From positions 6,944,001 to 7,008,000 of the forward strand of contig OX597818.1 in the NCBI GenBank assembly GCA_951406725.2: 64,000 nucleotides of DNA, written 5' to 3'. Under the pieces are notes generated by a model. The model ran no database searches. It was not told the origin of the DNA and worked only from the letters and a program-made list of their open reading frames with translations. How positions within the stretch are numbered: the first letter of the stretch is position 1; every line of letters begins with the position of its first letter. Position numbers and translations under genes: made by a program. This DNA is from Octopus vulgaris (Eukaryota). Of this stretch, positions 12,181 through 25,594 are shown piece after piece.

Positions 12181-14569
12181 CACAACAACAACAACAACAA
12201 CAACCGTGGAGAGCTTTGTTGATCAGTAATTGATTTAAACCTCGCAATAAAATTTTGACCAAACTTTAAGTTCATGTCTCTACAGTCAATATGCCTCCCG
12301 AACACTCTTCTGTTCCTCTGGCGTTTCGTAGCCAAAACAACAAATACGGCGGCTAGACAACTGTAGATGTTCACAATAACGAAATAAATAATCAATACAG
12401 CAAAAATAGAAAACCTAGACGTCCGAAAATATGACATGATTCCCAACTTCTGGTTACGTTATTTGACTAGCTATATAAGGTACTTGCAGAAAAGCTTAAT
12501 GAGATTTCGACGTAGCCAAAGACAACAAGTGACTGGCCCACAGGGTAGAGAAACATCTCAAAATTTCAAATCAAGAGAAACAACAAAATTTGAAGACTTG
12601 AGACCTATTAGGTGTCTTCTTAGAATCAACAAAGTCTTGGCAGCCATAAATTGTAAGGACTAAACAAACACCCCAAGGAAGTAAACCTGGTTTGCAAAAG
12701 TGTATGGATGGCTACAAAATGCCATATCACTGTATATATCAATAAGTGAATCAAAATTATAGAAGAAGATGGCCAAAGGACAAAGAAGTGCATATATAGT
12801 TACTTTTTCTTTTTATAGTTACTTTTTCTTTTTATGCGATGTTACTGAATAATTATAAGCATTCAAAACCACATTTAACGGTGTTGGTATTCTGCTCTAT
12901 CAAACCATATGAAGAGAATTTTGTATGAAGAGAATTTTCTATCTTTTGTGTGATATTCTTTCTGGTTTTCATATCTCTTCTGATATTTTCGTGACGCCTT
13001 CCAGGATAAATTATCCTGGTCCGAGTAGACACGTATTCTATTTCTAGGTTAATATCAGAATTTTTTAAAGTTTATTCTGAACTTTTGACCCTGTAATAAT
13101 CGGCGCTATCATGAACTTGTTTATTTCTGTGATACAATACTTATGTGTTATCAAAAGTTAGTACGATACTTTACTTTCTCTCTGTTATTATAGTGTCAAG
13201 TGGCCATGACAAGTCGATTACAATTCACAGTCTCTTTCTCTTGCTGGAGACTACAACAGATGTAGGTTGGTGTAGGAACGTACCAACATAACCCCATCAT
13301 TTTTAGGATTTACTGTGTTATTCTCAGAAAATAGTAATAGCATTTTTCTTGCACGGTGAAATTAATTTGTCGCAAACGCAATACTTTTAATAAATGTTAT
13401 TTCGTTTTCTTTACATGGATATTGCTAATTCATGCCCCATTTTCCTGTTTTCCTCGTATTTAAATATATTTTTAGATAAAAAGCATGTTGCTTTGGTGTG
13501 TTCATTATAAACTCAATCTATGATTTACTTTAAACCTCTTGGAAAACTGATCCAATTCATTCCTATGAAGTTAAGGAAATATTTAACTATTCATTCTTTC
13601 TAAAACATCTGAACCGTTAACTTCTACAATATTTTTAATATAATCGGGAAACTAGCAAAAGTAATCACATTTCTTTATCATAATTCTCTAGACGTCGCAT
13701 AAATTCGCGCATCGTGAAATAATAAGCAAACAGATTTTTGGTCAATTATAATCTCTTTACTTATTGGTTTTGAACTTTCCAAAAGTACATAATGAAGACA
13801 CTGTAATAGTTTTTTTTTTCTTCATTCGTAATACTATCAATATTGTGAAGTAAATATTCTCTATATTTCAATAATGAAATTAAACAAATATGTCACGTAC
13901 TACTGAAATTAATAACCATATAAATAATTTTGTATTAAATAGATCACGAAAATGTTGTCAATTGAAATGACGTTGCTTGAGCACGATATAATGAAAGCCC
14001 TTGAAATTAATCATTTCTCTTTTCTAATTTACACCGACATACACATTAAGTTTTCAATCACTCGAAATGAAATTATATTTAATTTATTTGTAATTTTGAT
14101 TCATTTTATGATTGCCATTACTTTTTACAATTTCTTTCTCTTAGTCTCTATCCACTTCTCACTTGACTACTCTCTCGTGTGATACATACACAAATCTCTC
14201 TCACTCATGCTTCGTGTGTGCACGTGTATTTGAGTAGGCACGTGTGTGCGTGTATGATTGTGCCTTAAATGTTTCAACGATGAGCATTCAATTGCTTCAT
14301 CAACAGAACTGCATGCCTGTTAATTTAATGCGTTATTGATTGTGTAATTCATACATATATGAAATTCAAACGTAAGTCTCAGGCCAGAACAGAGTGCATA
14401 TATAGTTACTTATATATAGATATATATGGTAAGTCTGGAGCTTTAAGTTGCGCATGCACTCATTACAAAGAGCTTATATTCACATCATCCCACCACACAC
14501 ACACACACAAACAAACAAACCTACTTAAAGACATACACATATCTCGTACAATCACATATACATTTATGC

Positions 14570-14821
14570 ATTGGGTTGGTACATAATTATTGCGACTTTT
14601 TTTTCAACAAACTTTATTCAGCAAAAACAATAATAACATTAACAAAAACATCTTTAAATGATTATTCTGGAGCATATTCAACATCTACTTCAATTACTGC
14701 TTCCTATTTGCTTGGCGGACGGTCAGACCGTCATTTAAATATGTTTTTTGCTAAATATTGTTATTGTTGTTGTTGAATAAAATTTGTTGAGATAAAGCAA
14801 TAACTATGCACCAACCCAATA
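14570..14821. mobile_element. Tc1/mariner-derived MITE of about 250 bp
   Basis: TIRs attgggttggtacataattattgc / gcaataactatgcaccaacccaat match at 22 of 24 positions, with TA on the right flank. Confidence 0.85.
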
Positions 14822-14899
14822 TATATATGTTTAGATGAAAAAAAAATAATTAGATAAATACATCGATAAATAAGTACGTAACAACGGCAGAATGTATTT

Positions 14900-17250
14900 G
14901 CTTCTTAACTTGACGTCAGAAAAGTTGGTACAAGTCACTGCGCTGCCGAGGTACATTAGGGGCTCACCGTATACTGACACTAACTCGTCTTTTAACCTAT
15001 TAGGACATCTTAGAGGGAGCAGGTAGAGTAGCTCAGTCTTCGAAGTGAGAACAAACACTTCTGTGCACAAGAAAAAATGGCCACGAGCGCTGAGTCACCT
15101 GCATAGAGCAGTTCACTGAAATACATTTCTTATTTGGTCGAGTTGAAGAAGTTTCCATCTGTTCTGGTGCGGATGGAAAGCCTTTGTGCAAATTAACCCT
15201 CATAGTTCCAAGCACAGCTGCTAGGTAAAAAGACCAGAGTACGGCAGCAAGCAAGCACCCATGTTTCACATCATGAATACTTCACTACGTTCTCTGCTAA
15301 TTAAGATTAGTCCTTTCATTCTTGTGTGGAACTGCTTAATGATGTTAAACTCCTCAGGGAATCCTTTCCGAAGAGTTTCTCGGTCCACCGTGTCAAATGC
15401 CTTAGGAAAAGCCACAGACATCACGAAGAGAAGTTGAAGTTCCTCTGCTGTTTTCTCCTATGGCTGCGGCAGTGTGACGATCATGTCCATAGTTGTTCCA
15501 CTTGGCCTGAAGCCACGTTGACTCTTTGGTAAGACTGCTCTGGGATGATTTGTTTCAGCCGGTTGAGAATGATTTTGGTATGCGCCTTGCCAGTAATGGT
15601 CAACAGAGAAATGTCCTGGTGATTCCCACATTGCGCTCGACCCTCCTTCATTTTGTAAATGGTGGCTATCAAGGCGTCCTTTGAAGTCCTGGGTTACACA
15701 ATTATTAGAAAGTCAAGTGTTGCACAGCCTCAATAGCTCATTATGGAGCTTTTGCCTACCTTATTTCAGCACATCTGAAGGAACTTTCATCCATGCTTGG
15801 TGTGTTGTAACTTCGTATCCTTCAAAGTTTTCTCCAATACCTGTATGGCGATCTCATGTAAGCAGTCATCTCGCCATTTGCAGGCGTCTGGATGGACTGA
15901 TCCTTGCTGATTGAGCAAGCTACAGAAAGGTTCTGTTCACTTAGTTCATATCCCTTGGAGGTCGGTGTGCTGTTTTCTCTCGTCTTCTGACTTGATCGGT
16001 GAAACAGCGTTGATCCTAGAGCCATAGAAAGCTTTCAGTCTCATAAACAGGTGTAGAAGTTGTACTTGTAGTCCATGCTCTGCAAGGCTTCTGCCTGCCG
16101 GTGCCACCAGTCGTTCTTCAGAAAACTTCTATCTGCTCTTTGGATTAATTTCATCATAAGCAAACTTGCTCCTCTCCAAGATCTTCTACAGATATCGTCG
16201 GTGTAGGAGTTACTTTTTGTCTAGCAGGCTCTGGATCTCCTCTACGTGCTTTCAGAACCAATCGGGTGTCGAACGCTGAAAGAGCGCTAGGCTATCCTAG
16301 CCACAGAAAAGACTGCTTTCTTTAACGTCTGCCAGTGCTACTCAATGTCATCCATTTCCTCTGAGTTGAATACCGTAACTACGACCGCGGCCGTGATGGC
16401 AACATTCAGTCTCCCACAGTGTCGTATTTGCTACCTTTCTTATGTCAAACTTCTCTAGTTTGTGCTTGTTCAGTTCTTTCTCAAGTTCAGATTGATCCTG
16501 AATCTGACCTTACTCCTCACGAGTCCATGGCATTCGTGTACAGGATCTCCCGCAGTCTAGTTTTTCGTGTAACGGCGTAGCGCAGCAGTTTATTTTGGCC
16601 AGACCGAAGGTGTTTCTGCGTGAAATAATTCTTGCCGAGCTCATCAAATAACGTGTTAGTGACACAGATCTGCTGGTGTTCACAAACTTTCAGCAGGCGG
16701 TCTCCATTCTTCATTTTGCCCTTGCCAAACTTGCCGATGATGACTGCAATTTATCTTCGTTGGAACTTTACCTACAGTCCTTTCAGCTCTTGGTAGAATG
16801 TCTCATTCTCCCCTTCTCGGTAAGTCATTGTTGGAGCAGTCTTTTGACGATCTTTTTGACAAAAAATACGATTACGACCACAATATCTGAAGTAACGTTA
16901 CTTGATAGAGAGTACAGCTCAGAGATCAGAGATCAGAGAAGCGCTCCAAATAGAGTCACTATTTCTCCTAAGTGAGAGATACAGATCCGGTAATACAAGC
17001 ATGTAAGAATGTCACGGAATAAAATCGCTCGACAGCTTTTACAGGCAACCAACCGGTAGGCGATCCAGAAGTAAACCACGAGCAAGATGTTGAATAACAT
17101 TCATGGGCGAGTTTGGTCTCGTTTGGATATCCAGCCAAATCAATTGGAGACAGTTGCTTCTGACTGAACAGATGAAAGGCGTTCTTGAGCACTCATCTCC
17201 TACGACCCTCCCAGGAACAAGTGGGCAAAAAGGAGAAGATAGGGGCGTGT
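14900..17250 (-). mobile_element. Decayed RTE-clade LINE (APE endonuclease and RT)
   Basis: NGDRLLKVCEHQQICVTNTLF (endonuclease), IATIYKMKEGRAQCGNHQDISLLTITGK..IILNRL, and KHGCLLAAVLWSFYL (GVKQGC-like). Confidence 0.9.
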
Positions 17251-20079
17251 GTGCGCTTGTGTGTACATATATGTGAGTTTGTGTATGTATGTTTTTGTGT
17301 GTATGCGTGTGTGTTTGAGTCTATAGAGATGCATTTACCTGTATGTATGTATAATATACTGCATATTTTACCAGGCTAAAATAACTAATTGAAGCAAATA
17401 TATGTCTCGGGCAATTGGAATGTCATTTTTCCTTCTGATAATTTATTTAATAATTCCATCCGGTACTAGGTATGTTCTTGCAGTCAAGTTCTTACTACAG
17501 GCCCTTCGAAATGAAATCTGACGACTATCGACCGCTTATGTAGATTTTGGTCTGTATATATGCGAAGCAAGTATACGTGGAACGAATTAATTGCATTTAA
17601 ACGCGCATAGATGGACACAAACCCACATACCCAACGCACACATATACACACAGGCACACACACGCACTCACACTTAACCACTCATACAAATTTATATATG
17701 CCTAAACCCAATTTTAAAATTACATTCTCTTAAAGTAACAGTTGGGTCAGACAAGATCAACTTAATTATGCTTCATTCAGTTTTAGTTTAATTCGGCTTC
17801 GATCGTATTCAGATTCGATGCAATCTGATTCACATTTGCTCTCCCGGTCAACTGTTTATATTTCGACGCAGTCGTCTTATTATATTTCAGTTATATATAA
17901 ACCTATAATCTCTTCATTATCATCACGAGACGGTAAACTTGCATACATATTGCATACTATAATACAAATGATTTGACATCATATAGGCCAGTTTTCTTTA
18001 TATATGTACTGGCTTTGTCCTATGTCGAAGAAAAGTTACAGATGATTCACAATCGTGTTCAATTACCGCGTCTATTATGAAGGAAACAACTACACTTCCA
18101 TAGAACATGTACTGACAAATACGCTCAACAATGAAGGACATCTGCATGGGATAGTAGTGAAGCATTCTATGCCTGTGTTTGCATAGCTATTTGGGCAAAC
18201 CGACATCATATAGACCTAGACGGTCATTCTCTCTATAAACTTATCTCAACTAGCTGTCATAATTACTTACCTCTGATATCAATTACAACCATACATAACA
18301 GGTTTCACCAAGGATTACGAACACACCTACATAAAACTTTTCGAGTAAGCTTCATTTATCACATTTTGTCTGTTTTATGATATTGATACGAAAATAACTT
18401 ATATTTATCCTATTTTATATGTCGCTACCGGAAGCTCCATATTCCAAATGTTCTTTGTCAAAGAATACAAGCAACCCTCTAGCAGTTGAGTGCACGCCCA
18501 ACTCCCTGCTAAAAACCATTGTTAGGTTTTGTAATCTAACGTTTCTTTAACTAATCCTTCCCGTCACTCGGCTTCTGTTGCAATCCATAGCAAGTAGATT
18601 ACAAAATCATAAACTATTTCCATTGTTCTAGTCCTTTATTTAACAGCACATATATCAAGAGGTATCTGGATTTTGACTGAAACATCTTTCCTGTTCTTTA
18701 ACTGCCTATATGTATACATAAAAAACGTATTTTTTGCAAGACATTATTCTCTTTGAAGAACTATCGAGGCAGACAATAAATATTTAAATTATTTTCATTG
18801 CTTTCGGAAGCAATATCTAAAGATATTATTAAAAATTGTTACCTAGGACAATGTAACAGAGATTTATGTATTTGAAGAAATATCACAACTGGTTTTAACA
18901 CACTGAATTATGTCGGTAGAATACTATTCAACCATTCAGCTAATACAGCTATTTAAATTTATCGGTTTTATGACCAACCCAGCTGCGTGTATATGACTCA
19001 CAGAGTGTTCAAGTAACGCTACGGCAAATGTCAAACAAATTAAAAAAAAAAACAGAAACATATTTTACAAGAATTTGCTGCTGAAGTAAAGTATCAAACG
19101 ATATTTAAAAGAAAACTAAGAAAACTATATACAGCTAAATCTTGTTTTTATCAATACATGGCATTTCAAAAGTATATGCACATAAATATATGTACACACA
19201 CACGCACACATGCGCGCACGCGTTTTTCAGAAGGTATACGTTCGTGTGTGTTGGTCTTAACCACATTACACATTAGAAATGCTTACTAAAGAGAGTGGCT
19301 AGGAAACTAGCAGAAGAAATACAAGAACTGCCAAAAGCAGAGGAACTCAACGTAGAATCAACAAAGCAATGACACAGAAGTACTCATGTTGAAACGCATC
19401 CTCTTCTCTAAGACTTAGAGGTAGTGGAAACATACTTCTATTTAGAGCAGCAACGTAGGAGATGGAAAACTTTTGAAGCTCTTCAAGTAGACTGCCTCTT
19501 TTGAAAAGACAAGAAGGAAATTAAAAATACTATCACCGGTAAATAACTTCAAAACTTTTGGTTAATTTATTGTCACTGACAGGTGGTAGTGATACTTATA
19601 AAGTGGTATTCGTTTTGGAAAACGGCGTGTTACAAATAAGACTCCTGATACATTGAAGTACCGTAGCTCACTCTCTTGCAGCTAGGACTATCTTTATCAT
19701 AGAAGTATTTCATGAAAAGTGGGACAAAAGAGCGAGTTTTCTATGTACGCTCGACGAATTGGAATCTTAGATTCATAAACTTGTATTTAGATCGCAGAAG
19801 GATTATCGAAACATGCTTACTTTCTTCTTTTCAAATAAAACAATTGTAGTGGAATGATAAAAGTATAAATGACTGACTTATGAACTACATTAGCCTACTG
19901 GTGTTTCCACTAATAGATGCGTTGGACACATTACTGAAGGTTTGAGTAACATCTTATGCCTTCAACAGACTCTCAAACGGGAAGTACAATTTATTTGAGA
20001 AAACAAATTTAAGCGTATACAGCGTTACCAAGGAGAAGGTACAAACACACACATATATATAAATGCATTTATGTCTGTA

Positions 20080-20171
<92 letters not shown>

Positions 20172-20374
20172 AAATAGAAAGATGAATAATCTTGTAGTAG
20201 ATTAATCAAAAGTTTAACCGATACCTTGGTAGCAAAAATCACAGCAGTAAACAGCACGGTTGGAGGTACAACCATATGGTGTTGCAACCGTGCGTTGGTG
20301 CGGATAATTGAAATTAAAATATTATTGGTGAATTGAAGAAATGGAGCTGAACGCAGATTGAACAGAAATCGTTT

Positions 20375-20468
20375 TATTTCATTCTACACGTGTTTCGAAA
20401 GGCACAATTTACCAAAATCCGATTGAATAATGGGACCATATTGTGTCTTTCTCTTCAGGAAGAAAATA
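20375..20468 (-). ncRNA. Hammerhead ribozyme, identical inverted copy of 21093-21186
   Basis: Reverse complement of the 21093-21186 motif. Confidence 0.85.
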
Positions 20469-21092
20469 GGAAATCCGTTGGAAAAAACAAAAACAGAACA
20501 GAGGCGGAGCAAAAACAAATCGAACTAGGCTCCTAAGAGCCCATGGCGAAACTGTTTATCAGTGTATGTTGAGAACCGGTGGCTGAAGAATTTAACGGGT
20601 CAGGCATCGGTCAATCATGTGGGTGAGGGTGTGTAGATGTTTTTTGTGACCGAGAATAAAGTTCTGACTATTTAAGGAATATTGGATGTTTTATAAGGGG
20701 CGAGAAAAATCTACTTAGAGACGTGTGTGTGTATACTGTTCTATATATGTGTGTGCTGGCGTAGGGGTAGAAAACATTTTTTGTGTACGTGTGTGCGTTT
20801 GATCGTTCGGCTGTCAGTGGCTACTGCAGTGAGAACCGTTGGGTGGCAGAAAAAAATTATATATATTATGTTTTATGTGTGTGTGTGTTCATCTAAGCCT
20901 GCCTTGTCAAGGAAACCCCCCGTTGTGAAAAAACCAAGCCCCGTTTATCTTACAGGAGTAATTCCCCTTGCAGTGGTTAATCGTAGATATCTTAAAGGCT
21001 ATTTCAGAATTAGTTACCAAGGGCTATGGGTGCCGGTATTATTTGTTTTTGCTCCGCCTCTGTTCTGTTTTTGTTTTTTCCAACGGATTTCC

Positions 21093-21186
21093 TATTTTCT
21101 TCCTGAAGAGAAAGACACAATATGGTCCCATTATTCAATCGGATTTTGGTAAATTGTGCCTTTCGAAACACGTGTAGAATGAAATA
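21093..21186 (+). ncRNA. Type I hammerhead ribozyme with an intact core
   Basis: Stem I tattttcttc/gaatgaaata; CTGAAGA at 21103-21109; stem II gaaagacacaat/attgtgcctttc (11 of 12 pairs); GAAA at 21165-21168; palindromic stem III ACACGTGT; GTA triplet with predicted cleavage after 21176. Confidence 0.85.
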
Positions 21187-21238
21187 AAACGATTTCTGTT
21201 CAATCTGCGTTCAGCTCCATTTCTTCAATTCACCAATA

Positions 21239-21306
<68 letters not shown>

Positions 21307-21800
21307 GGGTGGGGTGTCTATGTATATATTCGTGTAATGTTTTTACAGTCTCTATCAGACTTAAGGAAAGAAAAAGAACGTAATATCGTGAAAAATGTTA
21401 AAGTAACTATCAGCATTTAACCCTAAAAATCACCGAAATATTTGACCATATTTATAAATAAATACGTATATGAAGATAGAATAAAATGAAATATTTCAAT
21501 CAAATGCAAAAGGAAACATATAACATACAAAATATTCCAAAAATTCATTATAATATTTCGAACGCCAATGTTACAAATTGAGGAAGACTGAATTGTAATA
21601 CATACCTGCATTTGATGAAAGATAAAGATTTCTAGAAAACTATATCGGACAAAGTATATTGCTATTAGGCAAAGTACTAAACATATGATAATAAGGAAAT
21701 TCAAGAAAATCTGTTAAGTGCACTTATAGTGACATGTGTAGAAATGAAGCTAGCGATATCTGAAGCATTTTAATTTGTATCAGCTCAGATTTATTTACAA

Positions 21801-22974
21801 CTAGCTTAAGGTGACCCGCTCTACGCGCGGGTAAGAGTGTGGATGTTACTTTCTGTTGCTTCCTTTCTGTTTTTTATCACCACATTCTCTTTCTTTGTTT
21901 CTCTCTCCTTTCTCTCTCACATTCCCACTCTCTTACTCTTCATTTCTCTCGGACTCTCCCTCGCTTTCTCTTACTACCTATCTTTCTCTATCTATCTCTC
22001 TCCCATTTATAAACAACAAAAGATCTTGAGTAAGTTAAGAAAGAAATATTTTGAAAGATCAATCATAAATATCAGGCAGTGACAACGGAAAGGTCTGCTT
22101 TAAGGCAGACAGCAAAACACTAACATTTAAAAGGGACAAACGAACTTGCGAGCTAAATAAAAATAAAAAATATTGGAAACCAAAGTTTGAAGGGATAGAA
22201 TCTGAGGATAGTAGAGTCACCATGGCTGGCTATTATTAACGATGGACAGCAACGTAGTGGCAGTTTAACGGCTGGTGTAAAATTTTGAACTTTATGTAAA
22301 AGAAAATTCCTAAACGTCAAGTTTTGAAGTGATTCTTTCTCACGACAGTAGACTCACCATGGCAAGCATTCAAAACTTCTTCATCATGGACGGCAACACA
22401 TTGACCATTTAAAGGGTGGCGCAAATTTTTTAGCATGATGTGTTGCCGTCCATGATGAATTCCTAAACACCCGCTCCTGTAAATTTTAATCCCCTTCCAT
22501 CCCCATGTAGACCTCTTTTCCCATTTTGGTTAATATAACCCGATTTCATTCGGGTCTACTCGGGCCACATTTTATATCATGCTAAAAAATTTGCGCCACC
22601 CTTTAAATCGTCAATGTGTTGCCGTCCATGATGAATTCCTAAACACCCGCTCCTGTAAATTTTAATCCCCTTCCATCCCCATGTAGACCTCTTTTCCTAT
22701 TTTGATTAATATAACCCGATTTCATTCGGGTCTACTCGGGCCACATTTTATAAGATGAAAAATTTTGTCCTAGAGGTCACGCCTTTCATTTGAGGAAAAA
22801 ATAGTTGCTATGCAAACTCGCCAGCACTTTTAACATAGGTGTGCATATTTTCAGCTCAACCGACCACATAATGCACGCATTATATATATATATACGCATT
22901 AAATATATATATGTACATATATACGCATTATATATATGTGTGTGTGTGTACGCAATATATATACAAATGTATAC

Positions 22975-23010
<36 letters not shown>

Positions 23011-23158
23011 CACATATATATACATTATATATACATATTTATATATAGAACACACACACATGTATAAATTAACCCAATAAATATCTGATTCATAATATTT
23101 GTTCTCATGATTGTGTGGTGGTTGTGGCAATAATAATTCTCTCTATGAATGCAGACAG

Positions 23159-23195
<37 letters not shown>

Positions 23196-23537
23196 GTGGG
23201 AGAGTGACAGCGCTGGCGAAAGCGGTGGGGGAAAGATAGTAGACGCTGTCAAACAACGTCATAGAGAGAAAGTAAAAGGAAGGGAGGAAAGAGAGAAAGA
23301 CGGAGAAAGACAGGCAGATAAGAGAATGAGAGAAGAATTGTCAAAGTGTGCGTTTTTTGCCCTAGTAACCACACCTTTTAAGATTGGGATTTCTAACCTA
23401 GCTCACTCACATCCTCATCTTATTTTACATGTCACTGTAAATTTTGGAGTCAATCCGATAGGATCTAGTGCCCTTTAACACGTTCCAATGCCAAAACCAG
23501 ACAAACAAACAAACTTTCTCATATCAGAATTATAGAT
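21801..23537 (+). mobile_element. Non-autonomous Helentron/HINE (DINE-1-like) element
   Basis: 5' ctagc..acccgc-tctacgc-gcgggt hairpin, internal microsatellites, and a 3' aaattttggagtcaatccg..cagacaaacaaacaaactttc..tatagat end. Confidence 0.6.
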
Positions 23538-24308
23538 ATTGAAAAGTAGTAACATCTGCAACATCTACAACAAATAATTAACAAAGGAAATCCTGAAGTA
23601 TATGCCATATTAAACAAGTTAATAACCACTGGAATTAAGGTGAAAGAAGAAGGCTTTTATTCGAAGAAAGGCTCTGCAGAACGTTATTTGAAGACTTCTC
23701 GAATATCTCTAAGAGTCTAAAAACATTGGTAATAAATATGAAAATACTTATATATTTAAAAGAAATATAAAAGTTATTAACTCACTATTAACAACACCAT
23801 TGGAAATTCTGCAGCTCATTTTGCGGTACTACATTAGTCAAAAACATCTTCACACTCTTTATCCTACCATTTCATTCATAATCCTTCAATCAATTTCTAG
23901 GAAACCTTCTCTTTTTCCTATGGTCATATTTTCTCTTCTCAGTAGTATTCACATTCTGCCTTACCATCATAGTTCATATTTTGCCTTCTTTCTCGATTAA
24001 CGGTTCTCTTTCTTTCTCGATTAACGGTTTTCTTTCTTTCTCTATATAGCTTTGTCGTTAGGATTAAGGTTAGGGTTAGGGCATTTTCAAGCTCCATTTC
24101 TTGCTAAAACGTTTAGTTCATTATTATTATTCTTTCTTGAGCTATCTTCGAAATATGTTGCTTTACATCCACATCAAAACTTTTTGTGCTATTCCATCGC
24201 ACATGCAACAGACATGAAGAAGCCTAGAATGAGTATCCTATGGGGTTCAATCATGTCGTTGATCTCATTCTGTGTATCATTTTAGCATTGAGATCCGCTA
24301 TGAAGTAC

Positions 24309-24868
24309 AAACATGTGAAAGGATTTAGGAAATGGGGCAGTCTTTATTTAGGACAGTGGTATAGGAAATAACTGACATGGGCCTGGATGTGAACAGGGTG
24401 ATAACAAGTTTTGCGAACATGCTGGTGGGAAAGCTCTCTAAGCCTGGTGGCCCATAGAGTGTAAGGAGCTCCAAAGACTATAAAAACATTTAATGTTCAC
24501 ATTCTTAAACGATTAACTTTCAGGCATACTCTAGATAATATCCGCATGCACACATCTTTTCTAATGTATCTAAAGTGGAAAGATGCTGGCAAGGGAAGTA
24601 ATTCAATACCTCATAATAATAATAGTACATATTTATTAATGGGATAAAGATTTTTCCAAATAGGAGAGTTTATAGTAAAACACTGCTTTACAACAAATTC
24701 TATGCATCCATCGTGTATTCAAATGCAAATTCATATTTGCGGTATTCATATTTAAAAATCAATTACATTACTTAAAAAATATATAGATCACCTATCTAAG
24801 TGAGTAAAAAAACAAAGGCATATACATAAAAGTAGAGTAATCTGTATATCTGTACTTATTTGTATACA

Positions 24869-24912
<44 letters not shown>

Positions 24913-25535
24913 TGATAAAGGAAACGGAAGCTGGATCTAGTACGGATCTTTAATCAGCACCACGATCGTTTTGATTCATCCTTGGACCCCCTTACACTCT
25001 ATGGACCATCAGGCTGAGAGAGCTTTCCCACCAGCATGTTCTCAAAACTTGTTATTACCCTGTTCACATCCAGGCTCATGTCAGTTATTTCCTATACCAC
25101 TGTCCTAAATAAGATCTTGATAAGGACTGCCCCATCTTCTAAATCCTCTCACATATTTAATAATTCTAATTTGGGATATGTGCACCACCATCCTCTGACG
25201 TAAGCCGTTTTTTGCGTGTCCAATATATTGTCGTTTCCAACCCGAGCATGTAATTAAGTAAATCAAATTCCCCGATGTACATGTAAAGTTAGTTTCTATA
25301 ATAAAAGTTTGGCCTTGTTCTAATTGGTATTCTGATCCTTCTATTACGTTGATACAGATCCTACAGTTGGGCCTCCAGCACCTTTTTACTGTCGGCTTTG
25401 TGGTTATGGTTGAGTGTAATTTGGCCTGGTTTAAAATTTTGGCTGTCTCTTACTTGTGTGTGTTTTCAGAATTTGATTCATCTTTGGGTCCCTTTGAGTA
25501 GAGGTGTGCTTTGGAGTATAGTGTTGAAGGCCTCA
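24309..25535 (-). mobile_element. Penelope-like element 3' end (GIY-YIG endonuclease and pLTR), with an inverted pLTR copy at 24309-24475 versus 24981-25158
   Basis: The minus strand at about 25400-25160 reads KRCWRPNCRICINVIEGSEYQLEQGQTFIIETNFTCTSGNLIYLITCSGWKRQYIGHAKNGLRQRMVVH. A degenerate hammerhead follows (tcagc-CTGATGG...AAAA-CGATCG-TG..gctga, about 24951-25018). Confidence 0.88.
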
Positions 25536-25594
25536 TTGTTACCTGGGATGTGTGTGAAGATGTAAGGCAGTATATATATATATATATATGTATT

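Larger units (their letters stand above)
20170..21242. mobile_element. Non-coding Penelope-derived insertion between two (TA)n tracts, with a perfect 202-bp inverted repeat (20319-20520 / 21041-21242)
   Basis: The two arms read as exact reverse complements and each carries a hammerhead. Inverted pLTRs are typical of Penelope insertions. Confidence 0.8.

Noticed and set aside
11835-12446. 203-aa ORF, the longest in the track
   Set aside because: It spans an interspersed repeat and a (CAA)n tract and has no recognisable domain.
12790-12940. Short direct duplications (also at 23985-24040)
   Set aside because: Two-copy 15-20-bp slippage products with no spacer array; not CRISPR-like.
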